Assembly (NCBI GenBank): GCA_965208325.1
Contig: OZ242326.1
Location: 96,001 to 160,000, forward strand
Reading direction: 5' to 3'
Length of the DNA: 64,000 bases
Source of the DNA: Candidatus Poribacteria bacterium
GTDB lineage: Bacteria; Poribacteria; WGA-4E; PCPOR2b
Notes under the pieces: generated by a model
Seen by the model: the letters and a program-made list of their open reading frames with translations, nothing else
Told to the model about the DNA's origin: nothing
Database searches by the model: none
In this document: positions 39,641 through 48,489 of the stretch, one piece after another
Layout: each line of letters starts with the position of its first letter
How positions within the stretch are numbered: the stretch's first letter is position 1
Position numbers and translations under genes: made by a program

Positions 39641-40645
39641 TTAAAGCGTATCGCGAGTCAGTTGGTTCAATATTCCTAACTGCCTATTATCCGCGATGAC
39701 AATAAGCGCGTCGCCCTCATCCAGCCTGAGATTGCCAGAGGGATTGTATATAATATCGCCGGCTCGATTGCGGACAGCTACGACGACGAGACCTGTTTCA
39801 TCCGGGATTCGGGCATCGTTGAGGGTAAGCCCCAAAAAAGGTGATTCGCTCTGGATTGTGGATTCGGCAAAGCGCGTCGTCACTTGGTGTTTGAGCATAT
39901 CATCCAAAAAATCAACGACAATTGGACTTATGACTGTCGATACTAGACGCAATCCTCCAATCTGATCCGCGAGTACGACATCATCCGCACCCGCTTTCGT
40001 CAACTTTGCCCGTGAACTCTCCTCGACAGCCTTCGACGTTATTCTCAAGCTCCGATTTAGCTGTTTCGCCGATAAAACAACGAAAAGATTGTCTTGATCC
40101 GTCGAAAGAGAAGCAATCAACCCTTGCGCACGATCGATTCCAGCACGGATGAGCACTTCGTCTTCTGTTGCATCGCCTTGTACATAGTGGAAATGTCTTG
40201 TTTTCAGTAAATGTTCAATTTGCACTTGATCTCTCTCAATTGCGACGAAGTCAGCGTTCAGGTGAATGAGTTCATCAAGCGCATGTACCCCAGTGTCGCC
40301 TACCCCGCAAACGATATAATGGTTTGAAAGTTTGTCAATAGATTTTTCCATGCGTCTCTTCAAAAAAACTTCCTGTAACTGCCCTTCAATAATGAATGTA
40401 GCTGTTATACTAATGCCGTATCCAAGAACTCCAATCCCTCCAAGAATCAGCGCAACTGTGAAAATTTTTCCCTCATCCGACATATTGTAATCTGCATAAC
40501 CGACTGTTGTCAATGTGATTACCGTCATGAAAATTGAGTGAAGTAGAGTCCAATCCTCCTCAATTACTTTATATCCCGTGACGCCAATGGCGAAAACGGC
40601 AATCATCGCAAATACTGCGATAACAATGTTGCGTTGATACTCCAA
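39641..40645 (-). CDS. Two-TM potassium channel with RCK (TrkA-N/TrkA-C) domains
   Basis: Pore VITLTTVGYAD, HYIVCGVGDTG, GDAT...L..AGI..A. Confidence 0.9.
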   Translation of the reverse strand: MEYQRNIVIAVFAMIAVFAIGVTGYKVIEEDWTLLHSIFMTVITLTTVGYADYNMSDEGKIFTVALILGGIGVLGYGISITATFIIEGQLQEVFLKRRMEKSIDKLSNHYIVCGVGDTGVHALDELIHLNADFVAIERDQVQIEHLLKTRHFHYVQGDATEDEVLIRAGIDRAQGLIASLSTDQDNLFVVLSAKQLNRSLRITSKAVEESSRAKLTKAGADDVVLADQIGGLRLVSTVISPIVVDFLDDMLKHQVTTRFAESTIQSESPFLGLTLNDARIPDETGLVVVAVRNRAGDIIYNPSGNLRLDEGDALIVIADNRQLGILNQLTRDTL

Positions 40646-40788
40646 TTTCCTCGCCTTTCAAGATCAAAAGACCAAAAACTCCCGCCCGCACAATTTTCAA
40701 GTTTCGGGACGTGAAAATCGCATTCAACTGATGGCCCACAACCGGTAGACCATCAGATTGACCCGCGGTTTATGTAATATACCGCGCT

Positions 40789-41475
40789 TCACGTTCCCTC
40801 CATCTGCTGATACTGAATGGTTTCCAACCGCGATTTCAGCCGTTCGGTTTGGAAGCGCAGCATTAGGAAAAACACGTAGAGGACGGTAAGCGCCAGCCAG
40901 GCAATCACCCAAGTTTTGAACATCGTCGGTGGAAGGTTCATTTTAGTTTCTATTCCTGGATGTAACTTGTCTTTCCAGAGCTCGACCGAGAAGTAGACAA
41001 TTGGGACATCAAGATAAGCGAGTATACCTAGAACCGCTGAATAGACTCTCTTTTTCTCTTCGGGCAACGCCGATCTCAGTATAAAATAACCGATATACAT
41101 GAGCCAAAGGATGAGTGTGCTGGTTAATCGTGGTTCCCAATTCCACCACGTATTCCAAGCATATTTTGCCCAGATGGGGCCTGTCGTCAAAACGACTGTA
41201 CAGAAAACGATGCCAAGTTCCGCTGACGCAACGGCAAGCAAGTCGAATTTTTCATTACGTTTTATCAGGTAAAAAATGCTGCACAAAAAAGTTACACCAA
41301 AAGCAAGGAAAACAGTAAACGCTGAAGAAACATGGAAGTAGAAAATTTTCTGGACTTCCAGCATCGTCTTTTCAATCTGGGCGTAACTGAAAACAAAACA
41401 GAGGGCAGTAAACAGGCAAACTGCTGCAAGAATGCCAACGAGTTGAGTAAGCGTCACTTTCTTCAATCCCTCCAA
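40789..41475 (-). CDS. ccmC: Heme exporter/cytochrome c assembly protein C
   Basis: IFYFHV, TGPIWAK..WNTWWNWEPRLT, SVELW..LHP. Confidence 0.9.
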   Translation of the reverse strand: MEGLKKVTLTQLVGILAAVCLFTALCFVFSYAQIEKTMLEVQKIFYFHVSSAFTVFLAFGVTFLCSIFYLIKRNEKFDLLAVASAELGIVFCTVVLTTGPIWAKYAWNTWWNWEPRLTSTLILWLMYIGYFILRSALPEEKKRVYSAVLGILAYLDVPIVYFSVELWKDKLHPGIETKMNLPPTMFKTWVIAWLALTVLYVFFLMLRFQTERLKSRLETIQYQQMEGT

Positions 41476-41550
41476 TTGGTGATTTTCATTTCAATTGTCA
41501 AAAATGCGTATTGTCACTTCTAGGTCTTACATACAAAATGCCAGTGATGG

Positions 41551-42267
41551 TCAGTCCTCAATTACGAACTCAAATAGCAGAAAAGAACTCGCCAGAAAAA
41601 CAAGGCTATAGGCGGCTAAAAGCGTAATCCAAAACAACCCTTTTAGTGCGCCGATTGTCAAAAGAGAGACAGTGCACTTTGCCCCGGCCATAATGACGGG
41701 AAGAATCAACGGCAGTAATATTACTGAAAGTAGACTTTCGTTCCCGTGTGTACTAGTAGAAACGCCGGATACCACAACCCCCACCGCGCAGAAACCCAGT
41801 GCGCCGATTGCGAGCACGCCCATAAGCTGGACCAGAATCTGAGGGAGCTTTTTTTGTAAATCCGGTGTCAAAGTATCAAACACATCCAAAAATTGCAACC
41901 CAACTAGCAGGACAATTATTTCCAGCCCGGTTAGCAGAACCAAGTTGCTCAAAACCTTGGCTAGGTAAAAGTTGCCCGGATCAATCCCTGTTAGTCTTAT
42001 CCCATGTAATGCGCCGTCTGCACGTTCAATCTCGAAGGATCGGTTCAGCGTAATGATTCCCGCGAACGCAAATGCTGACCACAGCGCACTCGCAGCGAGT
42101 TTTCCACGCTCGGCAGCACCTTGGGGAAAAATGGATCCAAATGCAAAAATGAAAATGAGTACAACCAGTATGCTGAATACGAGAATTAAGGCGAGTGTAT
42201 CCTTTGTACGAAATTGCAGCGCGAGATCCTTGCGTATGAGCCAACCAACCTGATGGATTCCAGTCAT
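41551..42267 (-). CDS. ccmB: Heme exporter protein B
   Basis: KDL....R, LNRSF..E...G.L, LL.VILLPLILPV; adjacent to ccmC. Confidence 0.88.
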   Translation of the reverse strand: MTGIHQVGWLIRKDLALQFRTKDTLALILVFSILVVLIFIFAFGSIFPQGAAERGKLAASALWSAFAFAGIITLNRSFEIERADGALHGIRLTGIDPGNFYLAKVLSNLVLLTGLEIIVLLVGLQFLDVFDTLTPDLQKKLPQILVQLMGVLAIGALGFCAVGVVVSGVSTSTHGNESLLSVILLPLILPVIMAGAKCTVSLLTIGALKGLFWITLLAAYSLVFLASSFLLFEFVIED

Positions 42268-42738
42268 ATTGGGTATTGCGTAAAACGAGATTTCCTTATC
42301 TCAAATGATATCATTCACGCCAAAAAAAGGTAGGTAAGTATATCACGTGCATTTGAAAAAGGACAAGGAATATTGTCATTTCGACCATCCGGATAATGTT
42401 TTCCGTTCTCGGCATGAAGCTGTCTTTTCACACATTGTCAAAACGATAAAATAGTAAAATATGGAAAATCGCAATCCTCAAGTCCTACACACAAAAGTAC
42501 AGGCTTTTTGCACTTGAAGAATCGCGCAATTCTGAGGTAAGATACAACACTTACACGGTTTCCATTAACCGGAGTAAAATCCGTCCTGAAAATCGGCGGC
42601 GCTTTAGCTTACGAATACCCACCGTCTCCACTGCTAAGCTCATGAACGTTGACAATTGGACGTATTAAGAATTGGCGTTTTAATGCAAATGAAGGCTCTT
42701 CGATTTAATGGTTTACGCACTTCAAACACGAGTGTTTC

Positions 42739-43233
42739 ATGAAGACATTATTGCTTTTACGTCATGCAAAATCAAGTTGGAAACGCCCAGAATTACCGGA
42801 TCACGACCGGCCGCTCAATAAACGCGGTAAGCGAGACGCACCGCGTATAGCCAAGATTATCCGCGATAATGGGTTGGTGCCTGACTTAATATTGAGTTCA
42901 ACAGCCAAACGTGCCCGCAAAACGGCAGAAATCGTCGCCAAGACCTGCGGTTATGCAAGGAACGTTGATTTGACACCGGCGCTTTACCACGCCGCCCCGA
43001 GGACCTATATCGGTACGTTATCCAATCTAGCTGACGATTACCAGCGCATTATGGTGGTAGGGCATAATCCCGGTCTGGAGGAGCTGCTAGAAATATTAGT
43101 GGGACGGATGGAACTTATCCCCACTGCTACTTTAGCGCTTGTTCTGTTGCCGCTTGCCCAATGGCGGGAACTCAATTATGAAACCACGGGTAAGTTAATC
43201 AACGTGTGGCGGCCAAGAGAAATAGCGCGGTAG
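42739..43233 (+). CDS. sixA: SixA-type phosphohistidine phosphatase (histidine phosphatase family)
   Basis: LLRHAKSSW, DHDRPLN.RG, SSTA.RA..TA, VGHNPG. Confidence 0.85.
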   Translation: MKTLLLLRHAKSSWKRPELPDHDRPLNKRGKRDAPRIAKIIRDNGLVPDLILSSTAKRARKTAEIVAKTCGYARNVDLTPALYHAAPRTYIGTLSNLADDYQRIMVVGHNPGLEELLEILVGRMELIPTATLALVLLPLAQWRELNYETTGKLINVWRPREIAR

Positions 43234-43265
43234 AAATCGATAGCATCCGCGGGATACGAGCGAAG

Positions 43266-43294
43266 TTGACTTTCGACAAAACCGTTGCTATAAT
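43266..43294 (+). promoter_or_regulatory. sigma70-type promoter
   Basis: TTGACT-17 bp-TATAAT with extended TG. Confidence 0.65.
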
Positions 43295-43324
43295 GGATTG
43301 CCGACGTACAAGCCGAGGCGCCGG

Positions 43325-44071
43325 ATGAATGAGATGAAAACGGCTTTACCACTCATCGAAATGAAAGGCGGCACCGAAAAACCGAAATTCATTGAACCCA
43401 AGATGGTCGTCATACCTGAAGGCGATTTTCTCATGGGGAGCGTAGGCGGCGCACCCAATGAAACCCCGATTCACCGTGTATGGGTCAATGCGTTTGCAAT
43501 TGCCAAATACCCCGTGACAAACCGCGAGTATAAACTCTTTATGCATATGACGGGTCATCCTCCGCCCCGGTTTTGGGGCAATCCCAAATTTCAGGAGGAT
43601 TATCAGCCGGTTGTCGGGCCAAGTTGGTACGATGCAGTTGCCTATTGTGAATGGTTGCGCGATTTGACATGCAAGGGGTATCGTCTGCCGTCCGAAGGGG
43701 AACGCGAAAAGGCTGCGCGCGGTGGATTGCAAGGATGTGAGTATCCGTGGGGAGATGAACTACCTCACGATCACCTAGGCGGACGGAATGCTCCGCATTT
43801 CCTCATTGGAACTGATGGCCCAAACGGTTACGGACTGTACAACACGTCGGAGGGTGTCCACGAATGGTGCGCCGACTGGTACGATGCCGCTTATTACAAC
43901 ATCTCGCCGACTCGAAATCCAAAAGGTCCGAAGTACGGGAACCGCCGTGTAGCGCGCGGAGGGTCGTGGCGGCACCGCATCCGTTTCGCCCGGTGTGCTG
44001 CACGCAGCAGTCTTGCGCCCGATAAACAGTTCAGTGATTTCGGATTTCGCTGTGCCTTGACAATTGATTGA
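43325..44071 (+). CDS. FGE-sulfatase (SUMF1-like) domain protein
   Basis: F.MGS, PVTN.EY, PVV..SW.DA..YC.W, RLPSE.E.E.AARGG, PNGYGL, RGGSW, GFRC; start uncertain (43325/43334/43361). Confidence 0.88.
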   Translation: MNEMKTALPLIEMKGGTEKPKFIEPKMVVIPEGDFLMGSVGGAPNETPIHRVWVNAFAIAKYPVTNREYKLFMHMTGHPPPRFWGNPKFQEDYQPVVGPSWYDAVAYCEWLRDLTCKGYRLPSEGEREKAARGGLQGCEYPWGDELPHDHLGGRNAPHFLIGTDGPNGYGLYNTSEGVHEWCADWYDAAYYNISPTRNPKGPKYGNRRVARGGSWRHRIRFARCAARSSLAPDKQFSDFGFRCALTID

Positions 44072-45116
44072 AGAGGGGATTGTGGAACATAGCGCTAACA
44101 CAGAAGAAACGGCCTCAAATCTTCTCCTCAAGGCTAGCGGGCTAAAAAAACATTACCCGGTTAAAATGGGCCTGCTACAGCGCACGCAGAAATTCGTGAG
44201 AGCGGTCGACGGCGTAGACCTAGCTGTACAGCGCGGCGAAACGCTCGGACTTGTTGGTGAAAGCGGATGCGGTAAAACCACTATCGGGCGGCTATTGGCG
44301 CGTTTAATCACACCGACCGCCGGCAAAGCGGAGATGCTCATTCGTTCCGATAAGCACCGAACCGCACATGAACACTATCGCATCTTTGAACTCAACAAGC
44401 CGGATTTACGCAGATTCAGGCGCCATATTCAGTTGATTTTCCAAGACCCCTACGGTTCGCTTAACCCGCGCATGACCGCAGGTCGGATTCTTGGCGAACC
44501 GTTGAAGATTCACCGAATCGTACCGAAAGCGGCACGGGTAAATCGCATACGCGAGCTGCTTGAAATCGTCGGACTGCACTCAAACCATACGCATCGGTAC
44601 CCGCATGAGTTCAGCGGCGGGCAGCGGCAGCGAATCGGCATTGCGCGGGCTTTAGCGGTAGAACCCGATTTGATTATTGCTGATGAACCTGTTTCGGCGC
44701 TGGATGTTTCTGTCCAATCTCAAGTCATCAACCTGCTGCAAGAACTGCAGAATCGTTTTGATTTAAGCTACATCTTTATTTCACACGATCTCAGTGTTGT
44801 GCGGCATATTAGTCACCGCGTCGCGGTGATGTACCTGGGTCAGATTGTCGAAATTACGGATAAAGAAAGGCTTTTCGAGAATCCTCAACATCCGTACACA
44901 CGCGCATTACTGTCGGCAATACCCGTCGTTGACTCGAAAACCTCCCGGACTCGCACGGTTCTGAGTGGCGATACGCCAAATCCTTCGAATGTGCCATCGG
45001 GCTGTCGATTTCACCCTCGATGCCCAATGGTTCAAGCTGACTGTACAACTCGAGCGCAACATCTCGTCCAAGTCGATCCAGGGCATCAAGTCGCGTGTCA
45101 TGTCGTCACTGGATAG
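44064..45116 (+). CDS. Oligopeptide/dipeptide ABC ATP-binding protein (OppF/AppF-like)
   Basis: GESGCGKTT, FQDPYGSLNPR, YPHEFSGGQRQR, HPYTRALL, GCRFHPRC. Confidence 0.95.
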   Translation: MIEEGIVEHSANTEETASNLLLKASGLKKHYPVKMGLLQRTQKFVRAVDGVDLAVQRGETLGLVGESGCGKTTIGRLLARLITPTAGKAEMLIRSDKHRTAHEHYRIFELNKPDLRRFRRHIQLIFQDPYGSLNPRMTAGRILGEPLKIHRIVPKAARVNRIRELLEIVGLHSNHTHRYPHEFSGGQRQRIGIARALAVEPDLIIADEPVSALDVSVQSQVINLLQELQNRFDLSYIFISHDLSVVRHISHRVAVMYLGQIVEITDKERLFENPQHPYTRALLSAIPVVDSKTSRTRTVLSGDTPNPSNVPSGCRFHPRCPMVQADCTTRAQHLVQVDPGHQVACHVVTG

Positions 45117-45274
45117 CCAAGACAATATGGCAGGCTTAGCGCGGAAAGAAGGGTTTTTGCCCCGGCAGAGCGGTATGAAAACATGAACGACAAACTAAAA
45201 CCTTAGTAAGCGCGCCCTTAGCCGCTGTCCGCCCGACCTACAACATATAACAGATTTGAAGGAGGATTATTCAC

Positions 45275-46105
45275 ATGCAACCGATGTCCGTTGGCATTAT
45301 GCTAGGAGTTGGCGACGACCCCAATACTAGCTTTGAAAAAGCAAAATCCATTGGCGTAGACAACGTCCAAATGGGCTGTCCCTCTGACCAATACTTCACC
45401 CCCGAAGCACAAGAAAAGTTGAAGCAGGCAATCTCTGCCTCGGGCATCATGATTACGACGGTATTTTGTGGCTTCGTAGGAGAGAGCTATGCCGATATTC
45501 CGACCGTCAAACGAACCGTTGGCTATGTGCCCGCCGATTCCCGCACGGAACGCATCGAAAAAACCAAGCGCATTTCCGATTTCGCCAAGAATCTCGGCGT
45601 GTACCAAATCGCAGCCCATGCCGGTTTCATCCCTGAAAACCATTCCGATCCGCTCTACCCGGTAATGGTGAAAACGATGCAAGAGATTGCTGACTACGTG
45701 GTGGGAAACGGGCAAATCTTTGCGCTCGAAACCGGGCAAGAAACCGCGCCGGCATTACTAAGTTTTTTGACAGATGTCAATCGAGGCAACGTCAAGGTCA
45801 ACTTCGATCCGGCGAACATGATTCTTTATGGCTCCGGGGAACCCATTGAAGCCCTTGAACTCCTCAAAGACTTCATCGTGAGCGTCCACTGCAAGGACGG
45901 AAAATGGCCCACTGAAGATAATCAACTGGGAGTCGAAACTCCGCTTGGCGATGGTGATGTTGGTATGGACAGGTTTGTAAATAAACTGAAAGAGATTGGC
46001 TACCATGGGCCATTGACAATTGAGCGAGAAATTTCCGGCGGCCAGCAACTCCGAGATTTAATCAAAGCCAAAGAATTGCTTGAGAACTTAAGGGACGGGG
46101 AATAA
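45275..46105 (+). CDS. Sugar phosphate isomerase/epimerase (xylose isomerase-like TIM barrel)
   Basis: HAGFIP, ALETGQE, NFDPAN, VHCKD, LTIERE. Confidence 0.88.
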   Translation: MQPMSVGIMLGVGDDPNTSFEKAKSIGVDNVQMGCPSDQYFTPEAQEKLKQAISASGIMITTVFCGFVGESYADIPTVKRTVGYVPADSRTERIEKTKRISDFAKNLGVYQIAAHAGFIPENHSDPLYPVMVKTMQEIADYVVGNGQIFALETGQETAPALLSFLTDVNRGNVKVNFDPANMILYGSGEPIEALELLKDFIVSVHCKDGKWPTEDNQLGVETPLGDGDVGMDRFVNKLKEIGYHGPLTIEREISGGQQLRDLIKAKELLENLRDGE

Positions 46106-46166
46106 CCAACTAGCGGGAGCGCAGAGAGTAAAGAAAAATCAACACATCACTCATCGCGTCTCACTT

Positions 46167-47108
46167 ATGAAGTCTCCACTCATTTTTATCGTTGGTCCCA
46201 CTGCCGTCGGTAAAACGGAAATCTCGATTCGTCTAGCGCAACGCATCAATGCCGAAATCGTCTCAATGGATTCGCGGCAAATCTTTCGGCAAATGGACAT
46301 CGGCACTGCGAAGCCGACATCCGAGCAACAACACGCTGTCCCGCATCATCTAATTGACTGTACGGACGTTGATCGGCCTTTCACCGCTGCGGACTATCAG
46401 CGGCGGGCAGATGCAGCTATTGAAGACATCTGTAGACGAGAGAAACAGCCGCTGATCGTAGGCGGCGCAGGTTTGTATTTCCGCGTTCTGGTTGATGGAC
46501 TCTTTGAAGGCCCCGGCGCAAATGGGGATATCCGTTCCAGACTCTTTCGCGAATTAGAGGATCAAGGCGCAGCAGCACTGCATAATCGTCTTCGCATCTG
46601 CGATCCGGAAGCTGCGAATCGCATCCACCCTAATAACCTCGTGAAGGTGATTCGTGCGCTGGAAATTCACGAATTGACGGGAAAACCGATTTCGTCATTT
46701 CAACAGCAGTGGACGCGCTCTGACTCGCGTTATCCGTTCCGTGCTTTCGGGCTTTGCGTACCCAGAGATTGCCTCTACCGCCGGGTTGAAACACGTGTGA
46801 ATCAGATGATAGAAAGCGGATTGATTGAAGAGGTAAAAGGGCTGCTAGACGGCGGATGTCCGCGAAATTGCGTCGCCATGCAGGGCATCGGATATAAGGA
46901 AATTGTCGGTTATCTCGACGGACAGCAATCGCTTGACGAGGCGATTGCACTGTTAAAAACGAACACCCGCCGCTTCGCGAAACGGCAGTTGACATGGTTT
47001 CGCAACGATCCGCGCATTCAATGGGTTGAACTCACCCAATATGAATCAGTGCATCAAGCGGTGGACAACCTATTGTCGCAATCCGACGTACGCGCCTTAA
47101 AGGCCTAA
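46167..47108 (+). CDS. miaA: tRNA dimethylallyltransferase
   Basis: GPTAVGKT, DSRQ, DIGTAKP, HHLID, IGYKE, TRRFAKRQLTWFR. Confidence 0.97.
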   Translation: MKSPLIFIVGPTAVGKTEISIRLAQRINAEIVSMDSRQIFRQMDIGTAKPTSEQQHAVPHHLIDCTDVDRPFTAADYQRRADAAIEDICRREKQPLIVGGAGLYFRVLVDGLFEGPGANGDIRSRLFRELEDQGAAALHNRLRICDPEAANRIHPNNLVKVIRALEIHELTGKPISSFQQQWTRSDSRYPFRAFGLCVPRDCLYRRVETRVNQMIESGLIEEVKGLLDGGCPRNCVAMQGIGYKEIVGYLDGQQSLDEAIALLKTNTRRFAKRQLTWFRNDPRIQWVELTQYESVHQAVDNLLSQSDVRALKA

Positions 47109-47355
47109 GTGCTAAAGTTTCGACGAAAGTCGGCGAAACCACTTTCCTAAATGCCATCGTTACAATTTTGCATTCGTTCAATTTGCAGGTGAAAGTTAGA
47201 TAAGCTCGAATGAAAAAGCTCAACCCTTCCTTTCCATGGGGGGTTAAGAGCAGTTTGTAGGCAGAGCTAATTTGCGTTTTTGATTGATATAAGGGCAAAG
47301 TGCCGTTACCAGTTGCAGTGACGCTACAGGTTGTAAAGGAGTAAGAAAGACGCTA

Positions 47356-48423
47356 ATGGGGGAAAACTCAGAAACGTACACAACAGTCTCGGCTGAATAC
47401 TTGCGGAAGCTAGGTTCGGCGGTGTTGGAAAAGGCGGGAGTGTCGGTCGATGACGCCGAAGTCACGATCAACAGTCTCGTAGAAACCGATCTTCGCGGTG
47501 TGCACTCACACGGAATGATGCGCCTGCCCAGCTATGTCGGAAGACTTAAAAAAGGTGGAATTAACCCCAATCCGAATGTGCAGTTGGTGACTGAGTCGGA
47601 AGGGATTGCCGTGATAGACGGGGACAATGGATTCGGTCAAGTCGTGAGCAATCGCGCAATGGGGATTGCGATCGAAAAGTCTAAGGCTGTCGGCGTCGGT
47701 ATTGCCGGCGTGCGTAACAGCGGTCACTTCGGTGCTTGTGCCCATTGGGCACAGATGGCGCTGCCCCATGACATGATTGGAATCGCTACGACAAACGGCG
47801 GCCCGATTATGGCGCCTTGGGGCGGTGTGACACCGACAATGGGCAACGACCCGCTTGGCGTGGCAATCCCGGCTGGCGAAGAATTGCCCATTGTGCTGGA
47901 CATGGCGACCAGCGTCGTCGCAGGCGGAAAGCTGGATTTAGCCATCCGCAAAGGGGAAAAAATCCCAAAAGGATGGGCGCTTAACGCGCAAGGCGAACCG
48001 ACGGAAGATCCAGCAGAAGCCAGAGCCGGTCTCGTTCTCCCAATCGGCGAATACAAGGGCTACGCGCTCACGATCGTATTTGAGGTTCTCACTGCTGTGC
48101 TCATGGGTGCAAATTTTGGCCGCCAAGTCGTCCGCCACGAAAGCCCCAAACTCGTCAGGAATGTCGGCCACTTCTTCCAAGCCATCAACATCGCTGCATT
48201 CATGCCCGTCGCCGAATTCAAAGCAAGGGTTGATAACCTAATTCATCAGATGAAATCGTCAAAACTCGCTCCCGGCTACGAGCGTATCTACTTGCCGGGT
48301 GAGCCGGAACACGAAAAACGCGCACGGTACCTTAAAGAAGGAATTCCGATGCTCTCGTCCGTAATCACAGATTTGATTGCCCTCGCTGCGGAGCTAGGTA
48401 TTGAGCCGCCTGAGCCCGCGTAA
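47356..48423 (+). CDS. Ldh_2 family dehydrogenase (AllD/ComC-like)
   Basis: DLRGVHSHG, DGDNGFG, SGHFG, LDMATS, YKGYAL, YLPGE. Confidence 0.92.
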   Translation: MGENSETYTTVSAEYLRKLGSAVLEKAGVSVDDAEVTINSLVETDLRGVHSHGMMRLPSYVGRLKKGGINPNPNVQLVTESEGIAVIDGDNGFGQVVSNRAMGIAIEKSKAVGVGIAGVRNSGHFGACAHWAQMALPHDMIGIATTNGGPIMAPWGGVTPTMGNDPLGVAIPAGEELPIVLDMATSVVAGGKLDLAIRKGEKIPKGWALNAQGEPTEDPAEARAGLVLPIGEYKGYALTIVFEVLTAVLMGANFGRQVVRHESPKLVRNVGHFFQAINIAAFMPVAEFKARVDNLIHQMKSSKLAPGYERIYLPGEPEHEKRARYLKEGIPMLSSVITDLIALAAELGIEPPEPA

Positions 48424-48489
48424 ATTGTAAAAACCCCATGTGTGTTGGAATCTATTTCAGAAATGCTGCCGCAAAATCGGAGGAGCAAC

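Noticed and set aside
40724..40792. ccmD downstream of ccmC
   Set aside because: The short frame (VKRGILHKPRVNLMVYRLWAIS) lacks the N-terminal TM and charged tail of CcmD.
42268..42738. ncRNA in the 470-bp divergent intergenic region
   Set aside because: AT-rich promoter-like DNA with no convincing long stem or known motif.
43298..43324. TTG start of the FGE-domain ORF given in the track
   Set aside because: It lies 3 bp after the TATAAT box, upstream of the expected transcription start, so a later ATG is more plausible.
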